Source of the DNA: Longimicrobiales bacterium
GTDB taxonomy: Bacteria > Gemmatimonadota > Gemmatimonadetes > Longimicrobiales > Gaopeijiaceae
NCBI GenBank assembly: GCA_965248195.1
Contig: CBDFIQ010000002.1
Location: 960,001-1,024,000 of the forward strand
Length of the DNA stretch: 64,000 bases
Reading direction: 5' to 3'
Shown: piece after piece, positions 1-10,206 of the stretch
How positions within the stretch are numbered: position 1 is the stretch's first letter
Layout: every line of letters begins with the position of its first letter
Notes under the pieces: model-generated
What the model was told of the DNA's origin: nothing
Database searches by the model: none
The model's input: the letters and a program-made list of their open reading frames with translations, nothing else
Position numbers and translations under genes: made by a program

Positions 1-395
1 AAACCCCTCTGTACCTGGTGCGTCTCGAACACCATGCGGCACCTGAACACCACGCCTACGACGAAGGAGGCGTAGAGATTACGCGAGATGATCAACGCGG
101 GGAGTTTTCCAAAGAGCCACGCCGTAAAGAACTTCCGGATGACGAGTCCGGCAATTCGGAGGTTGATGCCGCGACCGGAACGGTCGTGCGACGACACGAG
201 TTGCACCGGCCCAAGATCGACTCCGTAATATTCTTCCAACGCCTGCCGCAACCCCTTGTGGCCTGGCACGGAGCGGCAAAAAAAAAGTGTCGGCTCGTGT
301 CCCAGTGAGCCGAGCGCCTCGCACATCCGCGCCACGTGTATGGAGTTGGCGCTGCGAGACGGCATCAACGAAGGGGATATGTAATAGAGCTTTAT
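1..395 (-). CDS. GT4-family glycosyltransferase, N-terminal part (runs off the left edge)
   Basis: Not in the ORF track. Manual translation gives IKLYYISPSLMPSRSANSIHVARMCEALGSLGHEPTLFF...MVFETH, a GT-B/GT4-type N-terminus open to the window edge. The apparent start ATA overlaps the upstream TAA and follows GGAGGGG. Confidence 0.75.
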   Translation of the reverse strand, partial: MKLYYISPSLMPSRSANSIHVARMCEALGSLGHEPTLFFCRSVPGHKGLRQALEEYYGVDLGPVQLVSSHDRSGRGINLRIAGLVIRKFFTAWLFGKLPALIISRNLYASFVVGVVFRCRMVFETHQVQRG

Positions 396-1606
396 GTCGC
401 CCCTCCACTCCAGGAGGATGTCTCCCTGGCAGATCGATGATATCCGATCCCGGGGTAATCGATGAATCCCCAACGCGAGGCGTTCGCTGGAGTCAACACA
501 CAATCCACCGTGGCCACGGTGAGCATCCGGAACCATGAGTCCCACAGGTCCGATTCCGACCACTCGCGGGAATAATCGCTCCAGTGCGTCGCGATGCGAT
601 CGTGCTTGGGGCGCTGCAGGGTAAGGCCGTAGCGAAATCGTTCGCCGAGTCCGCGAAAACCCACCCGCCAAACGTGGGTAAAGGACGCGCGGAGGTTTCG
701 CAACGTTCGCGGTCGCACGAGCTTCGACTCTGCGAATCCCCCGTCGGCGTTTTGATCCTTCATGATCGAGGCTGCCGTCTGCCGCAGCGCGCCACGCCGC
801 CCCGGATCCTCCGAGGCACATGCTGAAATGATCCTCACGGCATCATAGTCGTAGCAACCACCACCACCCGGATATGGAGCGTAATGTCCGTCGTTGTCGG
901 CCAACAACTGGACGTTCGCCGCGGCAGCTTCAGCCTTCGGGTTTTCGACCCCCAAGTAGTCGAGGATCTCGTACTGGTGATAGCCGTTTTGGAATTCCAG
1001 ATACGTCATCGTCGCACTCCGACTCCAAAACCCCCGCGGATTCATGGCGCGCAAGTGCCGCTCCACCCACTCCTCGATACGGCCATCACTGTCGATGCCC
1101 AGATGATCGCGCGCGTGGAGCAGCAGGATCGCCATGAACATGGCCAGGTTTCCACTCTGCGGGACGCCCTCCAGCGCCCGGATTCGGGCGAGATCCTTCC
1201 CTACGTCTGAGGAGAGGAGTGGCTCGATGACATCCCCGAGAGGATCAGCGCGCAACCGTCCGAGGATCTGCAAGCTGGTCAATGTAAAGGTGAGCAGTTG
1301 AAGGAACTGCTTGTCGAAGGCGAGATCACCGTGCGCGGCTCGCGCGTCGCGGTACTCCAACAAATGAGATCGCATGCCGTGCGAGACGTCATCGGCCATA
1401 CCTGCCATCTCTTCTTCCTTGTTGAGGAGCTGCAGGCCAAACACCGCAAAGCACGAGGCAAAAGGTGTTGACTCGGCCAGAGGCGTGAGACGAAAATCGC
1501 CGCCTTGAGTCGCGCAAGACGTGATGAATTCTTGGTAGTTGGCACGTGCGCTTTCAACGTCGGCGTCCACCAAAACGGCCGAGCCTTGCCGGCGCGGTGT
1601 CTTCAC
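392..1606 (-). CDS. Uncharacterised protein with prenyltransferase/squalene-cyclase-like repeats
   Basis: 404-aa ORF coupled to both neighbours; helical, with repeat-like motifs QNADGGF, DNDGHY, NPRGFW. Confidence 0.55.
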   Translation of the reverse strand: MKTPRRQGSAVLVDADVESARANYQEFITSCATQGGDFRLTPLAESTPFASCFAVFGLQLLNKEEEMAGMADDVSHGMRSHLLEYRDARAAHGDLAFDKQFLQLLTFTLTSLQILGRLRADPLGDVIEPLLSSDVGKDLARIRALEGVPQSGNLAMFMAILLLHARDHLGIDSDGRIEEWVERHLRAMNPRGFWSRSATMTYLEFQNGYHQYEILDYLGVENPKAEAAAANVQLLADNDGHYAPYPGGGGCYDYDAVRIISACASEDPGRRGALRQTAASIMKDQNADGGFAESKLVRPRTLRNLRASFTHVWRVGFRGLGERFRYGLTLQRPKHDRIATHWSDYSREWSESDLWDSWFRMLTVATVDCVLTPANASRWGFIDYPGIGYHRSARETSSWSGGAT

Positions 1607-2523
1607 TCGGCAAACCGGGCGATCGCCATCGTCTGCTGTGCCCGTCGGACCACGCGCCCGACCACTTGCCGGGCCGCGTGCAGCGGATGCGTCGACAACA
1701 GCGCGACGTTGGCCAGGCGAACGAGGCCTGACTCCTTCAACACTCTGGCAAACGAGCGCGGTGAGAATCCTTGTAGGTGTTCATACGGAGACATGATGTG
1801 TACCGTTTCACCATCGAACGGGAATCCCTTCCAGACGTCGCTTGCGTGAATCACCCGCTCGGCGTCCGGCACCGTGATCCGGATAACTGTGCCCTCGTGG
1901 GCGAGTTCGCGCAACGACTGCAACGTTCCGACCGGATCCTGCGTGTGTTCGAGCACCTGCTCCAGGTTGACCGCGTCGAATCGTTGACCTCTCAAGGCGT
2001 CCAGTGTCGTCACGACTTGAAATTCCGTCTCACCCATGCCGTTACTGGGGGCCCTCTCTCGACTCGGCTCGTAGGAACACACTGCAAAGCCCACGTGGAC
2101 GGCTGCCCGGCTCCAGCGGCCGGCGCCGCTGCCGTAGTCCAGCAGCGTCGGACGCCCGACTAGACCTCTCCGTGCGACCTTCCACAGCGCACGCAGTTCG
2201 CGAATCATCCTTCGGGACGGCTGCGTGGGCCGGAGGCCTCTCTTCAAAGGCCGACTGGCGTCATACATGCCGATGAGGGAACCCTGGTCGGGTTGTGTGT
2301 GATGCCAGTGATGACCGCAGCAGCGGCACCGGTGTACTTCCAGGGACAAGCTCTCCTGCCAACCGTCCATGAAACCTCGGTATTTGACTTCGCTGAGAGC
2401 CAGAAACCGGCAGCGCCCCGCGGCATCAGGACGATACGCCGTCGCGGCACCGCTGAAACGGCATATCGGACAGTCGGCGAACACGAGAACATTCATTTCG
2501 AACGGGGGCTCAGTCGCCGTCAT
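1603..2523 (-). CDS. Class I SAM-dependent methyltransferase with N-terminal Cys cluster
   Basis: LLDYGSGAG motif I, FDAVNLEQVLEH, ITVPD, CPIC...CRCCG. Start uncertain (ORF open to 2625). Confidence 0.8.
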   Translation of the reverse strand: MTATEPPFEMNVLVFADCPICRFSGAATAYRPDAAGRCRFLALSEVKYRGFMDGWQESLSLEVHRCRCCGHHWHHTQPDQGSLIGMYDASRPLKRGLRPTQPSRRMIRELRALWKVARRGLVGRPTLLDYGSGAGRWSRAAVHVGFAVCSYEPSRERAPSNGMGETEFQVVTTLDALRGQRFDAVNLEQVLEHTQDPVGTLQSLRELAHEGTVIRITVPDAERVIHASDVWKGFPFDGETVHIMSPYEHLQGFSPRSFARVLKESGLVRLANVALLSTHPLHAARQVVGRVVRRAQQTMAIARFAE

Positions 2524-2548
2524 CGGGGCCACCGCACGGAGCCACCGT

Positions 2549-3811
2549 TCACGCGGGAACAGTCTGCGAGTCAACGGCGGCAGGCTGACCCAGGGTTGGT
2601 GCTTCCTGTGGTTTTGCATCCTCAAGCATCAAGAAGAACGGGATCGCATACCAAGCGCGCCAGTCGTTGAGCACGGTCATGATGCCAAACAGGAACAATA
2701 GAGTAGAGCTCGTCGCATAACGGTCTAGCCGGTAACCCGATCGCACCGGCCACACAACGAAATACAGCAAATAGGGCAGGGCTCCAATGAGGCCGTACGC
2801 CGCGAACGGATAGAGGTAGTAAGTGTGCGAGATGTAACCGAGGACCCGGACGTTGTAGGCTTGATCCATTCCAATACCCACCAACGGATATTCCAGAAAC
2901 TCCCGAAAAAGGAGCACGTTCGCCGCGTTCCTCGCATACGCACTCAACAAATTGTCCGGCAAGAGTGCCAAAGTCTCCTGCGCCAATGTGTCCGCATTCG
3001 CAATGCCAAAACTGAGACCGCGCCATAGAATCCCAACGGCCTCGAGATCCACGAACCTCACGGCCAATACCGCACCACTAGCCGCTACCGCAAAAACCAA
3101 CATTTTCCTCAACCCAACGAATCTCCACGCCAATAGGACGATGAAGACCGCCAAGGCACCGCGTGTTCGGTTCAGTAGGATTACGGTAAGCATGACGCCT
3201 ACCAGCAACCACGTCGTTGCCCATCGCGCGTCAGTGGGCCGGTGGAACAGGAGGAGGAAGGCACCGAAAAGCGCCACGAGCGCCACACCGTTGTGGTCGT
3301 AAATATCGAGAGTGGCAAAATAGGCAGGCCCAACCGCCGCAAGGATATACAGCATCACGTGTGCGACGGCCATCCAAGACACTGTATTGATCGTTATGTC
3401 CACCAGGCGAGCCTGTACGCGAACCCGATCCTGATACGTCTTGAGCAAGAAGTAATAGAGGTAGAACCAAACGTTTGTGGTTACGAGATAAAGATTGAAC
3501 CACGTCTGCCCCGGACTGGCATTCCGCAGCGACCCTTGCGCCCATGACAGATAACACCAGAATACCATGACGAAGAGGAAATACATGTCCTCACGATCGA
3601 CCGTAAGCCGCCCGCGGCCCACGACACTACTTCGATCGATGTTGAGCCACAGGATCGGCAGGCAAACCCAGATCAGCCACGGGGGGTTCCCACCCAGGTA
3701 GTACGGGACCGGCAGCCGGAACGCATCTATGATCTGTCGTGGCACATCGAGCGCGGAGATCACGATCAGATAGAGGCTGATGGTTCTGTAGGCGTTTGCT
3801 CCCATAATCAA
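2549..3811 (-). CDS. O-antigen polymerase/ligase-like membrane protein (Wzy_C)
   Basis: Many hydrophobic segments; TRGA, PLVGIG and SHTYYL...YGLIG motifs typical of Wzy_C/WaaL proteins. Confidence 0.75.
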   Translation of the reverse strand: MIMGANAYRTISLYLIVISALDVPRQIIDAFRLPVPYYLGGNPPWLIWVCLPILWLNIDRSSVVGRGRLTVDREDMYFLFVMVFWCYLSWAQGSLRNASPGQTWFNLYLVTTNVWFYLYYFLLKTYQDRVRVQARLVDITINTVSWMAVAHVMLYILAAVGPAYFATLDIYDHNGVALVALFGAFLLLFHRPTDARWATTWLLVGVMLTVILLNRTRGALAVFIVLLAWRFVGLRKMLVFAVAASGAVLAVRFVDLEAVGILWRGLSFGIANADTLAQETLALLPDNLLSAYARNAANVLLFREFLEYPLVGIGMDQAYNVRVLGYISHTYYLYPFAAYGLIGALPYLLYFVVWPVRSGYRLDRYATSSTLLFLFGIMTVLNDWRAWYAIPFFLMLEDAKPQEAPTLGQPAAVDSQTVPA

Positions 3812-3860
3812 ACGTAGAACTGGTTGTAGCCTGAAAGCAGCTGTGGGGTCGATGCGATCA

Positions 3861-4754
3861 TCATGTCGGTTCCTGTCTCACCGCCACCATCAATTTTTTC
3901 AAAACGACCGCCGCCGTATGCGCCACCGACTCATGAGTGTTGCCCGCAATGTGTGGTGAGAGCAGCACCTTGTCACCGTGATATTTCCTCAGATCCGCGT
4001 CCCACGTATCGCTTGAATCATAGTTGATGAAGTCCATCGCCAAACCGGCAATGATCGACGCATCCAAGGCATGGAGCAACGCTGGCTTGTTGACGAGTTG
4101 GGGTCGCGAAGTGTTGATCACGAACGGTCTGAGCCTCATCGAGGCGAACTCCCGCTCTCCGAAAAAATCGATCGTTTCGTCCTTCAAAGGAAGATGGATG
4201 CTGATTATGTTTGATTCCTTCAACATGTTGAACTTGTCCGTCTCGTTATTGCCCCGGTCGTATCCTTCCCACGTCATGTCCAGTGCTTCTGCGTACCTCG
4301 CCATTCGCTTCCCCAGGCGTCCCATGCCGAAGATCCCGATGTGTTTCCCCTTGAGCTGCATCCCCCGGAAAGCCTGCCGGTCGCCGACCAACGCTGGGTC
4401 GATAAAGGGAATCTTCCTCACCAGAGCCAACAACAATCCAAGCGTAAACTCCGCCGTTGCCGATACATCTTGGATCTCTGACGGATCGAGATGGATCACT
4501 TGGATGTCACGAGAAGTCCGAATGTGATCGGTCCCAGTGGTATTCGACACTACGTATCGCATCCGGGTGAAGGGCTCCAAGAACTCATCGTCGACAACGT
4601 CTTTGAGACCGACGACGACTGCGTCGACAGTAGCACACCGTGGATCGTCGCGGGTTATGATCACCCCGTTGATCTCGGGATAGTCATCGAAATCGATGGC
4701 GCTGTACATGTCCGGCTCGTTCAGGTACAGGTTGATGGACGGCTGGATGCTCAC
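3861..4754 (-). CDS. D-isomer-specific 2-hydroxyacid dehydrogenase family protein
   Basis: GIFGMGRLG NAD motif, INTSR, SPHIAG. Confidence 0.85.
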   Translation of the reverse strand: MSIQPSINLYLNEPDMYSAIDFDDYPEINGVIITRDDPRCATVDAVVVGLKDVVDDEFLEPFTRMRYVVSNTTGTDHIRTSRDIQVIHLDPSEIQDVSATAEFTLGLLLALVRKIPFIDPALVGDRQAFRGMQLKGKHIGIFGMGRLGKRMARYAEALDMTWEGYDRGNNETDKFNMLKESNIISIHLPLKDETIDFFGEREFASMRLRPFVINTSRPQLVNKPALLHALDASIIAGLAMDFINYDSSDTWDADLRKYHGDKVLLSPHIAGNTHESVAHTAAVVLKKLMVAVRQEPT

Positions 4755-4758
4755 GGCC

Positions 4759-5829
4759 TCACTCTACGTCCTCCCACGACAGTAACCGGTCCGCCGTCAC
4801 ATCCCGCTTGAGCGTCTTGCCCACACACCGCTCAACCTCATCCGCCGGAATGCCCGTGCCGGGTTTTTTGGAGGTCAGCATCGCATGCGACAGGACCGTC
4901 CCCGCAGGTTGGTCGGCCGTCAGCGAGACACTCTTGTTGAAGAAAGCACGCATGTCCGCCAGATCCGTGGTGATATCGTCCTTGTCCACAACATGGGTCC
5001 GCATCGTGTGGAACGCGTCCCGAGCCTGCACCAAATGCCGCAGCTCCTCGAACGTCACCGAAGCTGGAACGTCAGGGCCGAACATTGTACGATGGAATGT
5101 CACGTGAACCTCAACGAGATGCGCTCCTCGGGCCATAGCCGCCAGCGACGGGAAGACCGTGCCCGAATGGTCGGATAGGCCGGTGGGTACGCCGAAGCGC
5201 TCATGCAGCTCTTCCACCACGTTGAGTCCCACTTCGGCGAGGTCGGTCGGGTACCGGCTGGTGCATTGAAGCACAGCTAACGGGCTTCCCGCGTTTCGAA
5301 TCAACTCCACGGCGCTCGTGATTTCCGCCCATCCGCTCATTCCGGTACTGAGGAGAATCGGCTTCTTGGAACCAGTGAGATAGGAAAGCAACGAGGTATT
5401 GTTCACTTCGCCCGACCCGATCTTCCACGCCGGCAGCCCCACCCGATCCATCATCTCTGCCGCCTCAATCGAAAAGACGGAGCTGAGGAAGATTATGCCT
5501 CGCTCGCTCGCGTGCTGCAGCAAACCGGCCCACTCGGACGAGGAAAACTCCATACGTTGCCAGTATGAGTACCGGCTATCGTCTGCGTAGGAAAACGCGG
5601 TGCGAAACGGTTCGTCTCGCGTGCTCTCGGCGGCGGCGATGTGAGTTTGGAACTTGATTGCATCGCCTCCGGCGTCGGCGACCGCATCAATGAAGCTGTG
5701 GGCGATCCCAAGCGAGCCGTCGTGCGCCTGCGCCACCTCGGCGATCAGAAGGCATGGCGCCTCCCCACCGACAGCACGCTTCCCCACCATGAAAGAGGCT
5801 CCCTCGCGCAGTCGGCCTGACGTTACCAC
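4759..5829 (-). CDS. neuB: N-acetylneuraminate/nonulosonate synthase family (NeuB)
   Basis: IAEVAQAHDGS, IKFQT, KIGSGE, STGMS, QCTSRYP, GLSDHSG, C-terminal SAF domain KKPGTGI. Confidence 0.93.
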   Translation of the reverse strand: MVTSGRLREGASFMVGKRAVGGEAPCLLIAEVAQAHDGSLGIAHSFIDAVADAGGDAIKFQTHIAAAESTRDEPFRTAFSYADDSRYSYWQRMEFSSSEWAGLLQHASERGIIFLSSVFSIEAAEMMDRVGLPAWKIGSGEVNNTSLLSYLTGSKKPILLSTGMSGWAEITSAVELIRNAGSPLAVLQCTSRYPTDLAEVGLNVVEELHERFGVPTGLSDHSGTVFPSLAAMARGAHLVEVHVTFHRTMFGPDVPASVTFEELRHLVQARDAFHTMRTHVVDKDDITTDLADMRAFFNKSVSLTADQPAGTVLSHAMLTSKKPGTGIPADEVERCVGKTLKRDVTADRLLSWEDVE

Positions 5830-5831
5830 CG

Positions 5832-6923
5832 TCAGTCACCTGTCGAGAGGGTCGAGAACACCTCGTACTTTATCTGGTCAGTCTCCCGGTCAAAGCAATC
5901 GACGACGTCGAACCGCGGGATCCCCCAACCCAGGTGGATCGTGCTGGGGGTGACGATCTCCCGGCCCATTCCGAAGCCGGCGACGAATCCGAGCTCGTTC
6001 ATAGCGCGCTTCGTGTCGTCGTCGAAGAATCCATACGGATACGCAACGGTCTTCGCCACTTGGCCGATCTCCTCCTCCAGGAAGTCGGCCGCCCGCTCCA
6101 GATTGCGCCGCTGCTCTTCGTAACTGAGCCGTGGCAACACGCGGTGGTCGTGACCATGGACGCCGACCTCGAACCCGTCATCGACCAATCGCTTCAGGTC
6201 GTCCTTGCTCAAATAGATCTCTCGCACCGCGGACGCTTCCACGTCGTGACCGAACGCGACGCGGAACAACTCGTCCAGTACTCCCCCCACCTGATCGTAC
6301 GGGATGAGGTAGTTCAAATCCATCTTGAAGGCTCTCATCGCCTCGGACCCGTAGCGGTAGAACCGATAGTCGCCCGCGTACGCCACCGACTCCCGCTCTG
6401 CCCCCCTCCCCCTGGGGAAGCGTCGAGCGTGCTCCGCATAGAACGCCTTGGAAAACTGCGTCAATCCCAGCTTGTGCAACAGCAGTTGTATCTTGTGCAC
6501 GTCCAACAACCGGCCTTCGGTAAACGGCTGCGAGCAAACGAAAAACGTTGCGGGGATGCCGAGCCTCTTGAGCACCGGAGCGGCATACTCGATGATATCC
6601 CTGGCGCCGCCGTCAAACGAGATGACGACGTTCGATTCGGGCAGCTCAAGATCCGGATCGACCAGATCCCGGCACCGGCAGAAGGTAAAATTCTCACTGA
6701 GCTGCACGAGATGCCGCAGGAACGAGTCAGGCGTGACGGCCGCATCGACCGGGTACGGATGGTCTCCGTTCGGCCTCAGGTAGTGATAGTTGATGACGGC
6801 GCCGTATCGCTCACCGATATCGATCGCCATCGGCTCGAAATCGAAATCAATATTCGAGGCCGTCCGCTGTGCCTGCGTGTCCATCGACAACTCGTGCCGC
6901 AGTGCCTCGTTCGGATTCATCAC
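5832..6923 (-). CDS. Polysaccharide deacetylase (NodB/CE4)
   Basis: NYHY, ISFDGG, GVHGHDHRVL, AYPYG. Confidence 0.85.
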   Translation of the reverse strand: MMNPNEALRHELSMDTQAQRTASNIDFDFEPMAIDIGERYGAVINYHYLRPNGDHPYPVDAAVTPDSFLRHLVQLSENFTFCRCRDLVDPDLELPESNVVISFDGGARDIIEYAAPVLKRLGIPATFFVCSQPFTEGRLLDVHKIQLLLHKLGLTQFSKAFYAEHARRFPRGRGAERESVAYAGDYRFYRYGSEAMRAFKMDLNYLIPYDQVGGVLDELFRVAFGHDVEASAVREIYLSKDDLKRLVDDGFEVGVHGHDHRVLPRLSYEEQRRNLERAADFLEEEIGQVAKTVAYPYGFFDDDTKRAMNELGFVAGFGMGREIVTPSTIHLGWGIPRFDVVDCFDRETDQIKYEVFSTLSTGD

Positions 6924-8110
6924 GCCTCCTCGGCCGGTACGCGCGCCGACGCGTTCGTCACTGGCGCCGAACGCGACGGCCCTAATGCGTCGGCGCAGCC
7001 GAGGGATTCGACCATCGTTGCAGCGATCTTCTCGGAGCAGTTCGGTCGAAAATACAGATTCTCTCGGCTAAACTTCCGGGTTCGTGCTTCTGCGATGGCG
7101 GCGACGAGCGAATCGTACTCGCCGGCCACGTCCACCACGTTTGCGTTGCGCTCTCGCCCCCGCTGCCGATCTCCAAAGTTGATGACCGGCACGCCGAAGG
7201 AGGCCGCTTCGCGGATCCCGGCGCTCGAGTTGCCGATCATGCACCTGCTGTGCGCCATCACGTGCACGAATCCCTCGAGCGGCATGTGCCGAATCGAGTA
7301 GAACTTCGGGTTCCCACGATGTCTGGCGATATCCGTCAAGATGTTGGAGTTGTTTGTGTCGACATTGGGGTAGAACAGCACCGTCTTCGTATCGAAAGAG
7401 CTGACGGCGTTCAGCAATACGTCCATCGACACGTCGTGCTCGTTCGTCGTGTCGGGATGGACCATGACGAGGAAGTATTCCTCCTGCGGCCCCAGATCCC
7501 ATGGCCGCTTGAATTTCTTGCGGATCTGTGATGGATCAAACGTCTCACCAACATCCAAGGTGCTGATGTACTCCACTGCCGGACAGCCGTAGTCGAAGAC
7601 CGACTCCGGCTCGATCCCCCACCCATGCAACCGCTGCTTGCTGAGCGGCGTGGCGACGAAATGCAAGGTTGCAATGGTCGAGATGATGTCTCGAATGCGA
7701 TCGTCGATGCTCCCGCTCGTCTCACCTCCTTGGATATGCGCAATCGGGATGTTCATGAGCGCTGCGGCGAAGGCGGGTGCCATGGCATCGAATCGGTCCC
7801 CCACGATCAACAGCATATCGGGGCGACAGCCCTGGAAGCAGCTCGAGTGCTGGATCAGCGCGAGGCCAACCGAGTTCACCATCGCCTCGTGGCTGTCGTT
7901 CATGAGAAGGCAGTCGAGTTTCACGGCGACCTCAAAACCGTCTGCCTCGAGATCCACATATGGGGCTCCGTACCGTTCGAGCAGGATCGATGAGCTCGCA
8001 ACGATGTAAAGCTCGATTTCCTCGTACTTGCGAAGCTCGAGCAGCACCAATTTCAACTTCGAATAGTTGGTGCGATTCGTAACAATCACCGCAATCCTCT
8101 TCTTTGCCAT
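6920..8110 (-). CDS. neuC: UDP-N-acetylglucosamine 2-epimerase (hydrolysing, NeuC-like)
   Basis: TNRTNY, VGDRFD, AHIQGGE.SGSIDDRIR, IGNSSAGIREA, GDRQRGRE. Confidence 0.92.
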   Translation of the reverse strand: MAKKRIAVIVTNRTNYSKLKLVLLELRKYEEIELYIVASSSILLERYGAPYVDLEADGFEVAVKLDCLLMNDSHEAMVNSVGLALIQHSSCFQGCRPDMLLIVGDRFDAMAPAFAAALMNIPIAHIQGGETSGSIDDRIRDIISTIATLHFVATPLSKQRLHGWGIEPESVFDYGCPAVEYISTLDVGETFDPSQIRKKFKRPWDLGPQEEYFLVMVHPDTTNEHDVSMDVLLNAVSSFDTKTVLFYPNVDTNNSNILTDIARHRGNPKFYSIRHMPLEGFVHVMAHSRCMIGNSSAGIREAASFGVPVINFGDRQRGRERNANVVDVAGEYDSLVAAIAEARTRKFSRENLYFRPNCSEKIAATMVESLGCADALGPSRSAPVTNASARVPAEEA

Positions 8111-8111
8111 G

Positions 8112-8795
8112 CTAAGAATCCGATGCTGACTGGCGTGCGTAATGGAGTTCTGCCAATTCAAAGTCCAACTCATCGTCCACGTCGATGCACAACTCCGGCG
8201 GAACCGGGACTAGGTGTGGGTCACCCGGCGAAAACATCCAAAAATAGCCGGTTTCAGCGAAGAACGCCTTACGCTGGATATGAAAGGCATGCGCCCCTTT
8301 GTAGAAGATGGCCCCGGCAGTCGTGGAGGTATTCCTCGGATCGCGGTTCGTCAGGGCGTGTCCGTCATAGTCGAAAATCCATTCACGCGTCGGGATCGCC
8401 GAAGTGTACGAAGGAAAGTCAGTCGACTGGAAGTAGTCATATGCCTTGCGGACTTCCGACACGCTAAACAGCGGTAGACACGGATTGAAGACGAAAATGT
8501 AGTCACTCGGGATATGCAGATAGTGGGCGAAGGAAACCTCAATCGGGTTAGTGCCCGCCACCACCGACGCCGGGTCGCGCTGCAAGACCTCGACATTCTG
8601 GTACCCCTCCGCCAACTCAAGCAGCGGACGCTCCGCCGCGGCGAGATATCGATGCTCGAAGAAATCCATTCGGTCTAGCTTGGACAGCGCTATCTCTATG
8701 AGGGTCGAGCCTCCAAACGGCCGAATGAGCTTTCGCGGCACTCGAGTTGAAGTGAGCCGAGCGTTGCAGACCACTGATATCGACTTCATGCGCAC
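8112..8795 (-). CDS. Acylneuraminate cytidylyltransferase family (NeuA-like)
   Basis: NARLTSTRVPRKLIRPFGG N-terminal motif and IDVDDELDF C-terminal motif. Confidence 0.85.
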   Translation of the reverse strand: MRMKSISVVCNARLTSTRVPRKLIRPFGGSTLIEIALSKLDRMDFFEHRYLAAAERPLLELAEGYQNVEVLQRDPASVVAGTNPIEVSFAHYLHIPSDYIFVFNPCLPLFSVSEVRKAYDYFQSTDFPSYTSAIPTREWIFDYDGHALTNRDPRNTSTTAGAIFYKGAHAFHIQRKAFFAETGYFWMFSPGDPHLVPVPPELCIDVDDELDFELAELHYARQSASDS

Positions 8796-8928
8796 GAATA
8801 CTTGACTAGGGAAGGTCCGACCGCGCTGGAACCGGACTTGTGGCCTTAGAGATCTGGATGGGCCTGGGAAGACGGAATTCTTCCCTGCGACAGGAACACC
8901 CGGCGGAACCCGCTACTTTAAACGAATG

Positions 8929-8957
8929 AAGATGTATCGGAGGTCTATTGAGGTCAA
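8929..8957 (-). promoter_or_regulatory. Putative sigma70 promoter of the neuA-neuC-neuB unit
   Basis: TTGACC-N17-CATCTT in an AT-richer intergenic stretch; same architecture as the repeated leader element. Confidence 0.4.
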
Positions 8958-9018
8958 CGTCTTATGAGCGTTTCGGTCGAGCGATTCGCCTGACCTCAAG
9001 AGGTTCCTGCCCATGGAT

Positions 9019-10188
9019 TCAGCCTTCCAAGTCCAGAACGTTCGGTCGATCTTGATCGCTATCCGACTTGACCAGGTAGAGCTCGGGGGCTTCCACCAAT
9101 GGGCCATAGGCGAGCTCGAGCCTCCGCGAGGTCCACAGAGCACCCTTTATCGGAACATGGCCGGATTCGAAGGGCTGGAATAGGGAGGGAAATCCGGGCC
9201 AGTCGCCGTCTGAGCCCGTTCGGCGAAGGCCGTTCCTTTCCAGGATCTCCCCGATCTCTCGATGGGTGCTATGGACGTCTAGGAAGAGGGCTCCGTGCTG
9301 GCGAGCCTCGTCGATCGCGGCCGTCAGGAGAGATTGCACGGCCTGGGGTCTCCCCAATATCTCCACAACTCGGACGACCCTCTCCCGTCGACCCAGGATG
9401 GGCTCGACACGATAAACGAGAAGGCCCAGGGGGAGCCGTGACCCAGAGTCCACAGCCACACGGAGCTCGTAGCGGAAGGTAGGATGCTCAACGTATCGCC
9501 ATTGAAGGTCCGCGGCGGCTTTGCTGGGACCATAACAACAGACGGCGAGCTCTCTCCGCCACAGCTCCTCCCAGGCCACGGCGGAAGAGCGGTCCCAGGG
9601 GCAGACCTCGATGGTGGAAGAGGTTTCGGGTCGGGGACCCCCCGCCCCGTCGAATTTGTGACGCTCGATCCAGATCGCTCGATCGAGATCACTGGGATCG
9701 AGCTCCGCCAGAAGGCACAGTGTGGCCTCCCCGTCGAGCACGGCGACCCATCGAGGAAGCTCCTGGAGAGGACGGAAACGCATCGCCCGATAGATCCTGG
9801 CCGCGGTATCGTTGAGTCCCAAAGCGAAAATCGCTTCGAAGCCTCGATCTCTTACGGCCCACAGCAAGCCCAGGCCCGCCCCGGAGCTTCGCGCTTCCTC
9901 GAGGCTATACCACTGACTCAACCAAACTGCAGGAATGGACGCACCCTTCAGATTCAGCTCGAAGCCGATGAGACCGAGCATGCCTACGAGCTTGCCATCA
10001 AGGCGGGCCAGCAGGACGGTGGGTCCCGGCCACTCTCCGCGTCCCATGCGCTCGGCCTGAAACTGCCATTGCAGAAGCTCCGAATCGTGCGCCAGGGGAT
10101 GATCCGCCCTCCAATGAGCCTCGATGAAGCCCATCAGCTCGGCCACCTCTTCGGGACGGCAGGCTTGAATCTCCACGGCCGACGTCAC
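9019..10188 (-). CDS. GNAT-fold acyltransferase-like protein
   Basis: LVGMLG, ARSSGAGLGLL (acyl-donor-binding-like motif), LQWRY.EHP, C-terminal DSDQDRP; directly downstream of the ACP gene. Confidence 0.65.
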   Translation of the reverse strand: MTSAVEIQACRPEEVAELMGFIEAHWRADHPLAHDSELLQWQFQAERMGRGEWPGPTVLLARLDGKLVGMLGLIGFELNLKGASIPAVWLSQWYSLEEARSSGAGLGLLWAVRDRGFEAIFALGLNDTAARIYRAMRFRPLQELPRWVAVLDGEATLCLLAELDPSDLDRAIWIERHKFDGAGGPRPETSSTIEVCPWDRSSAVAWEELWRRELAVCCYGPSKAAADLQWRYVEHPTFRYELRVAVDSGSRLPLGLLVYRVEPILGRRERVVRVVEILGRPQAVQSLLTAAIDEARQHGALFLDVHSTHREIGEILERNGLRRTGSDGDWPGFPSLFQPFESGHVPIKGALWTSRRLELAYGPLVEAPELYLVKSDSDQDRPNVLDLEG

Positions 10189-10206
10189 GACCTGGGGACT
10201 TCCTCT

